From an uncultured Gammaproteobacteria bacterium (lineage in GTDB: Bacteria; Patescibacteriota; Patescibacteriia; UBA11705; JABHMO01): a stretch of 64,000 nucleotides of DNA. Position numbers and translations under genes: made by a program. The stretch lies in the NCBI GenBank assembly GCA_964590105.1, contig CAZPYM010000001.1:1022-65021 (forward strand), read 5' to 3'. Below, piece after piece: positions 58,502-64,000 of this stretch. Position 1 is the stretch's first letter. Each line of letters opens with the position of its first letter. The notes under the pieces were generated by a model that worked only from the letters and a program-made list of their open reading frames with translations, searched no databases and was not told the origin of the DNA.

Positions 58502-59665
58502 ATGCTTTTTACGATTGTTGTTTTCGTCATTATACTCGGTCTTTTGGTTTTTGTGCATGAACTTGGACATTTTGCCACCGCGCGCAAATTAGGCGTTAAA
58601 GCGGAGGAATTTGGTTTTGGCTTTCCGCCGAGAATTTGCGGCTGGAAAAAAATAAACGGTAAAAGAATATTTTTTCTCGGCAACAAGGACATTGAACATA
58701 TTAAGTCAGAAGATACTGTTTATTCTTTTAATTGGATCCCGCTTGGTGGCTTTGTGAAAATTAAGGGCGAAGACGGAGAAAATAAATCTGATCAGGATAG
58801 TTTTGCTGGCAAAAAAATTTGGAAGCGCGCAGTTATCCTCAGCGCCGGTGTTTTTATGAACGTTGTTTTGTGCGCAGTCTGCCTGATGATTGCTTTTTCG
58901 CTCGGCGCACCGCAAGTGGTGGACGGGATGGACACCGGCGCGGTCATTGAAAATCAAAAAATTCAGGTGGTATCCTTGACCGCGTTTTCGCCGGCCAAGG
59001 AAGCCGGTGTGAATTTGGGCGACGCGATTTTAAAATTAGATGATCAGCAAATAACTTCAATTGAACAGATTCAGGAATATGTTTCTGCTCGAGACGGTCA
59101 ATCAATTCAGTTAACCGTAGAAAGATATGGAGAAGAATTGACTATCGCCGTGGTGCCTCAGATGGTGGAAGAAATAAAAAATGCAGGGTTGGGGGTCGGT
59201 CTTGCCGAAACCGGCATAGTTTCATATCCGTGGTACAAAGCAATCTGGCTCGGAATCAAAGGAACATATTTCATGGCCGTGAAAATTATTGTGGCTTTTG
59301 CCTTGGTTATCAAGAACGCGGTAACCGGCCAGCCTCTTGGCGTGGATGTAGCCGGACCGGTGGGTATTGCCGTCATGACCGGACAAGTGGCGCGCATGGG
59401 ATTTATTTATATTTTACAATTTACTGCTTTGCTTTCACTGAATCTGGCAATTATTAATTTTTTGCCATTTCCCGCGCTTGACGGCGGGCGGGTGCTTTTC
59501 CTGATTATAGAAAAAATAAAAGGCAGCGCAGTCAATCAAAAAGTTGAGCAGATAGTACATACAATTGGGTTTGTTTTGTTAATGGTTTTAATTATAGTTG
59601 TAACTGGTCGCGATATTTATAAGTTTAAAGAATTTTTTGTTGAGCTATGGCAAAAAATAATTTAG
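58502..59665 (+). CDS. rseP: RIP metalloprotease RseP (M50 plus PDZ)
   Basis: HELGH, IPLGGFV, PDZ domain, NFLPFPALDGGR. Confidence 0.95.
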   Translation: MLFTIVVFVIILGLLVFVHELGHFATARKLGVKAEEFGFGFPPRICGWKKINGKRIFFLGNKDIEHIKSEDTVYSFNWIPLGGFVKIKGEDGENKSDQDSFAGKKIWKRAVILSAGVFMNVVLCAVCLMIAFSLGAPQVVDGMDTGAVIENQKIQVVSLTAFSPAKEAGVNLGDAILKLDDQQITSIEQIQEYVSARDGQSIQLTVERYGEELTIAVVPQMVEEIKNAGLGVGLAETGIVSYPWYKAIWLGIKGTYFMAVKIIVAFALVIKNAVTGQPLGVDVAGPVGIAVMTGQVARMGFIYILQFTALLSLNLAIINFLPFPALDGGRVLFLIIEKIKGSAVNQKVEQIVHTIGFVLLMVLIIVVTGRDIYKFKEFFVELWQKII

Positions 59666-60234
59666 CGGAAAAACCAAAACCAATTCAAGCCGAAGCATTG
59701 CCGGAGCATCGCGAGCGGGCAGTGCCGGATTTGGAATTGATTGAAAATAAAATCGTGAAAATTAAGGATTATATTGAAAAAGCTGACAGTCTTTTGGCTT
59801 GGCAAATAAATCCGGAATCAGTGAAAATGCCAAGTGATTATAATGATCCTGAAAAATTAGCCGTTGCTAATAATAACAAACTTCGCACAAACTGGTTTTC
59901 TCGTTGCTTTGAATTAATGCAGACTCTTGGTGAGAAATTGGAAATTAATAATAGTGACGCTTTTGCTTTGTGGGCGGAATTGAGAGAGCTTTTGAAAGAA
60001 GAAGGAAAAGTCAGCAAAGATGAAGTTGACAATTCATTAACAAACTACGGTATTCAAATCTTGAACGACCCAAAAGCCTTGGCTGAGTTGGCGGCTCAAG
60101 GGAAAAAGAAAGCGGCGCAACAATTTGTTGAGCAAAAAACTAAGTTTGTAGTCAAATTTGAAAAATTGTTAGCACATTATCTGGAGGCCCTGGAACAGTT
60201 AAAAATGCGTTATGAAAAAGACAAGGAAGTGTAA
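59647..60234 (+). CDS. hypothetical helical protein
   Basis: 195-aa ORF overlapping both neighbours in an operon-like way. Confidence 0.65.
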   Translation: MAKNNLAEKPKPIQAEALPEHRERAVPDLELIENKIVKIKDYIEKADSLLAWQINPESVKMPSDYNDPEKLAVANNNKLRTNWFSRCFELMQTLGEKLEINNSDAFALWAELRELLKEEGKVSKDEVDNSLTNYGIQILNDPKALAELAAQGKKKAAQQFVEQKTKFVVKFEKLLAHYLEALEQLKMRYEKDKEV

Positions 60235-60967
60235 ATTTAATTTACAAGGAGTTGCGATCATTGTTTTGTTAGCGCTTCTTGTATTTTTTTTAATGTTTTC
60301 CGCCTACATTTACTTTGATATAAAAAAAGTGGAGCAAGGTGTTTTCAATTTATATCAGCAAATGAAAACCACCAATGACAAGATTACTCAATTTTCAGTT
60401 TCCGATGAGGAAGTGGCGCAAAAGTCAATGAAATTTACCGAGGCGACCAAGCAATGGCGGATTTATCAGAATAGCGATCATCTTTTCCAATTCAAGAGTC
60501 CGGCAAATTGGGGCAGTTTTATTTTCGAAACCCGAGATGATAAAAAAGTCGAATATTATTCCGGGCAAAGACTATATGGCGGGTTTACGAATGCCGCCAG
60601 CAGTAATTCTCTGGATTTAATGCTCGTGACTTATGATTTTTCTCTGCCGTCGAAAATTGATTATGCCAGTAGGGAAGTACAACAAGCGGTGGAAAAAAGC
60701 GAGGACGGCGAGTGCCCGCATGATTTGTTTGAGAGTCTGAAAAAATTAAACATCGGGGAGATTAGAAATTGTTATGTTCAGGAGAATATTTTAAATCAGA
60801 AATTTATTGTATTTCATTACGTGCAGGTTTTGCCTGATATCGCCGGGATTAATGACGAGGTTATTGCTGTGTGTCCGCGCGGCGATTATTATATAAAAAT
60901 TGATCTGCCAAATGAAATCAGCCCGGAAATAGAGTACTTTATCCAGAGTGTTGTTTTCTTGAATTAA
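60212..60967 (+). CDS. membrane-anchored extracytoplasmic protein (PsbP-like W..Y....F.FK.P.NW motif)
   Basis: N-terminal TM; WRIYQNSDHLFQFKSPANW. Confidence 0.7.
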   Translation: MKKTRKCKFNLQGVAIIVLLALLVFFLMFSAYIYFDIKKVEQGVFNLYQQMKTTNDKITQFSVSDEEVAQKSMKFTEATKQWRIYQNSDHLFQFKSPANWGSFIFETRDDKKVEYYSGQRLYGGFTNAASSNSLDLMLVTYDFSLPSKIDYASREVQQAVEKSEDGECPHDLFESLKKLNIGEIRNCYVQENILNQKFIVFHYVQVLPDIAGINDEVIAVCPRGDYYIKIDLPNEISPEIEYFIQSVVFLN

Positions 60968-60991
60968 AAAAAGTGGTATAATGAAAATAAT

Positions 60992-61033
60992 AAATTACAA
61001 ATTACAAAATACAAATTACAAAATACAAATTAC
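60992..61033 (+). repeat. heptamer tandem array (AAATTAC/AAAATAC) x6
   Basis: Read directly; same unit occurs at 1095-1120, 4681-4712 and 6911-6985. Confidence 0.8.
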
Positions 61034-61241
61034 AAGGTAAAAGGGAAAAGGGCGGAAATTACAAATAATAAAGAGAAAATCACAAATAAGAAATTAAAAA
61101 AATAAAAAAATATTAGTTTCGCGCGGAATGACAATAAAGAGAAATAAATACTTAGTCGCTGTTGTGAAAGCATTTTACAGTTTAGCAATTTAACAATTTA
61201 GTAATTTAAATCTCGCCTTATAATTTTCATTTTTGTTCATT

Positions 61242-61994
61242 ATGCCAAAATCAAAACAAACAAAAACCAAAAAAACAGTTCAAACAAAATCAAAGCCGGA
61301 AAAACTAAAACCAGCGGAAACTGACGATCAAATTAGAATCCGATTATTAAAAACAGAAGTTCATTATTTCAAGGGGCTCGCTATTTCAATCACAGTACTC
61401 ATAATGTGCGTATTTGTGGCTTTTGGCGTGCTTTTCAGCGCCATGTATTTGGAGGCGCGAGCTACCAGAGTGATATTTCAGTATGCTCTAAGAGATATTT
61501 TGAGAGACGGTTTGTCAATAGCTGCGCCAGGTATTAATGAGCAAGATGCAACAGCTGATGACTTGGGCGACGAGGAGGTGTGCTGTGATACCGGTGAAGA
61601 TGAAATCGTGGCTGACGAGGATGTTGGCTGGCTCTGGTTTTCCAAATACGGATTTACCGCTCATTTCCCAAATAGCTGGACATATTTTGACCGTCCGTAT
61701 GAAAAACAAGTTTATTTTTTTGCCGATGGCGTAGTCCGGCCGGACAATTCAGCTGACATTGGCGACTTTGTGGCCGCAGTTGTGGAGAGGGACAAATACA
61801 AAGACGATTATCAGGGAACGCTTGCGACGATTGGCAACAAGATTGGGTATTCCTATGACCTGAGTAATTTACGGGTTGTAGTAGTTCCATTCGACAAAAA
61901 TTACGTTGAATTGAAGTTCAATCAAAAAAATCCGTTTTTGACTGACGAGCTGATCAAGCAGTTTTTGGCCAGGTTTGAATTTAGTGAAAAATAA
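61242..61994 (+). CDS. membrane-anchored extracytoplasmic protein
   Basis: Basic N-terminus, TM, acidic linker, W....YGF...FP.SW motif. Confidence 0.7.
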   Translation: MPKSKQTKTKKTVQTKSKPEKLKPAETDDQIRIRLLKTEVHYFKGLAISITVLIMCVFVAFGVLFSAMYLEARATRVIFQYALRDILRDGLSIAAPGINEQDATADDLGDEEVCCDTGEDEIVADEDVGWLWFSKYGFTAHFPNSWTYFDRPYEKQVYFFADGVVRPDNSADIGDFVAAVVERDKYKDDYQGTLATIGNKIGYSYDLSNLRVVVVPFDKNYVELKFNQKNPFLTDELIKQFLARFEFSEK

Positions 61995-62008
61995 TAGTTT
62001 AAAGTTAT

Positions 62009-62037
62009 AGGGCCGAGTTATACAGACTCGGCCTTTT
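62009..62037 (+). terminator. terminator or REP-like hairpin
   Basis: GGCCGAGT-TATACAG-ACTCGGCC-TTTT. Confidence 0.55.
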
Positions 62038-62108
62038 GTATTTCTAGAATATATCAAAGGAATCTGCTATAATATACCCAGGTAATAACAATTTAAATTA
62101 ATATTAGT

Positions 62109-63101
62109 ATGATTAAAATCGCGATTAACGGTTTTGGCCGTGTCGGTCGAGCTGCATTTAAAATTGCGCTTGCCAAAAAGAATTGTCAGATTGTGGCTAT
62201 CAATGATCTGGGGGATATTAACAATCTGGCTTATCTTTTGAAGTATGATAGTGTTTATCGTCGTTATGATCGTTCTGTCAGTGTGAGTGGCAATAATCTG
62301 GTTGTGGCCGGGAAAAAGTTTCCGGTTTATGCTATTGCTGAGCCGGAAAAATTACCCTGGAAAAAACACAAGGTTGATGTGGTTCTGGAGTGTACCGGCG
62401 TATTTACAAAAAAAGAAGATGCTAGTAAGCATTTAAAAGCCGGCGCAAAAAACGTAATCATTTCTGCGCCAACCAAGAGTGAAGGCGTGGCAACCATTGT
62501 CCGCGGAGTGAATGACAAGAACGCCAAAAAAGAAAAATTAATGGCCAATGCTTCTTGCACCACTAATTGCGTGGCGCCGATAATGGCGGTTTTGGAAAGC
62601 GCTTTTGGAATTGAAAAGGCTTTGTTGACCACTGTGCACGCCGTGACAGCCAGCCAGCGCGCAGTCGATCTTCCTTATGCGAAAAATTGGCGCGAGGGCA
62701 GAGCGGCCGGCATTAATATTATTCCGTCAACAACCGGAGCGGCGATCGCTACTGCTTTAACCTTGCCAAGTCTGAAAGACAAGTTTGACGGCGTGGCCTT
62801 GCGCGTGCCGGTAATTTGCGGCTCTATTTCCGATATTGTTGTTTTGTTGAAAAAAAATGTAACGGTTGAGCAGGTGAATGGCGCTTTCAAGCGTGCGGCT
62901 AAAAGCCCGATTTACAAAGGAATCCTAGTGGCGTCAGACGAAGAACTGGTTTCTTCTGACATTCTTGGCACTTCAGCTTCAGCAATTGTTGATCTGAAAT
63001 TTACGCGAGTCGTGGGCGGCAATTTAGTGAAGGTTTTGGCCTGGTACGACAATGAATGGGGATATTCAAACAGGCTGGTGGAAATGGCGGAGAGGATTTA
63101 A
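62109..63101 (+). CDS. gap: type I glyceraldehyde-3-phosphate dehydrogenase
   Basis: INGFGRVGR, ASCTTNC, IIPSTTGAA, WYDNEWGYS. Confidence 0.97.
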   Translation: MIKIAINGFGRVGRAAFKIALAKKNCQIVAINDLGDINNLAYLLKYDSVYRRYDRSVSVSGNNLVVAGKKFPVYAIAEPEKLPWKKHKVDVVLECTGVFTKKEDASKHLKAGAKNVIISAPTKSEGVATIVRGVNDKNAKKEKLMANASCTTNCVAPIMAVLESAFGIEKALLTTVHAVTASQRAVDLPYAKNWREGRAAGINIIPSTTGAAIATALTLPSLKDKFDGVALRVPVICGSISDIVVLLKKNVTVEQVNGAFKRAAKSPIYKGILVASDEELVSSDILGTSASAIVDLKFTRVVGGNLVKVLAWYDNEWGYSNRLVEMAERI

Positions 63102-63267
63102 ATACTAATGAGCGGAGCGCGAATGATACAAATATGCGAATGACGCGAATTGGAAAAGTCAATTAGAGAACTGGAGAATTAGTGAATTAAGGAAAGTGAA
63201 TTAAGTGAATTTAGATTCCTGAATTGAACTTTGTTTAACCTCTTAATTTTATTGTTTTTTTGATTTT

Positions 63268-64000
63268 ATGTTTTATTACTTCATTACAGGCATAGCCGGA
63301 CTTTGCATTGGCAGTTTTCTGAATGTTGTTATTTGCCGTCTGCCGGAAAAAAAGTCGATTGCGAAAGGGCGATCGGCATGCCCGCATTGCAAGGAAAATT
63401 TAAAAGCCCGCGACCTTGTCCCGCTACTTAGTTTTTTGCTTTTAAAAGGAAAATGCCGCCAATGCCATAAAAAAATTTCCTGGCAATATCCTTTGGTTGA
63501 GTTTTTCACCGGTGCGATCTTTGTTTTTCTGGCCTGGCATCATCTGGCGGATCAGGTTTTGGCCAATCCGTTTTTTTTCCGCGATTTGGTCTTTGCCGCC
63601 GGCTTAATTGTTATTTTTACAACTGATTTGCGTTTTTATTTAATTCTGGACGCGGTGACAATTCCGCTGGCTGTATTTGCTTTTGCGGTTAATTTTTTTC
63701 TGTTAAGCACTTCAGCCAACTATTTGCAGGTTGCCATGAATTTAATTATTGCGGGCGCGGTTGGCGGCGGGATATTTTTGCTTCAGCATTTGATTTCCAA
63801 AGGAAAATGGGTTGGCGCGGGCGATATCAGGCTCGGCGTGCTGATGGGCTTTATGCTCGGCTGGCCGAGTATCGGCGTGGCTCTTTTCCTGGCCTATATT
63901 GCTGGCGCGGTTGTCGGCATTATTCTGGTAATCTGTAAAAAGAAAAAAATGCAGAGCCAGTTGCCATTTGGCGTTTTCTTGAGCCTGGCAACTTTTGTAA
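63268..64000 (+). CDS. pilD: prepilin peptidase (A24), runs off the window end
   Basis: Not in the ORF track; translates as MFYYFITGIAGLCIGSFLNVVICRLP...GRSACPHC...GKCRQC...GAGDIRL...LPFGVFL. Confidence 0.92.
   Translation, partial: MFYYFITGIAGLCIGSFLNVVICRLPEKKSIAKGRSACPHCKENLKARDLVPLLSFLLLKGKCRQCHKKISWQYPLVEFFTGAIFVFLAWHHLADQVLANPFFFRDLVFAAGLIVIFTTDLRFYLILDAVTIPLAVFAFAVNFFLLSTSANYLQVAMNLIIAGAVGGGIFLLQHLISKGKWVGAGDIRLGVLMGFMLGWPSIGVALFLAYIAGAVVGIILVICKKKKMQSQLPFGVFLSLATFV

Overview
64 kb of AT-rich bacterial chromosome using the standard code (TAA, TAG and TGA are all used as stops). Gene content and style point to a Patescibacteria/CPR (Parcubacteria/ABY1-like) genome; this is an inference, not a classification result. 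The evidence is: mostly SD-less genes, a DUF5667 protein next to an ECF sigma factor, a giant S-layer-like protein, a monoderm-type T4SS-like cluster (VirB6-PrgI-VirB4-VirB8-like) running into comF, a cell-division/envelope block (murG, ftsB-like, prsA, rlpA, ftsEX), recG, radA, clpC, a phosphohexomutase, murI, rseP, gap, pilD, and four tRNAs (Thr-CGT, Ser-GCT, Ser-TGA, Arg-GCG). The most interesting signals are: (1) an intact RAYT/Y1-transposase-fold ORF that lacks both the HUH histidines and the catalytic Tyr, next to an inverted-repeat-flanked GIY-YIG nuclease and a 40-bp REP array, in a window full of REP-like hairpins, with intergenic-type repeats found in-frame inside three genes; (2) two tandem VirB2/TrbC-like pilin fusions carrying modular, disulfide-rich cysteine-hydrolase cargo; (3) a secreted-protein cassette at tRNA-Arg bounded by ~150-bp inverted repeats; (4) three self-contained orphan gene cassettes with canonical promoter, strong SD and terminator in an otherwise SD-poor genome; (5) pervasive 7-9-nt periodic intergenic arrays, some arranged as inverted pairs. 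All family assignments come from motif recognition by eye; no searches were run.
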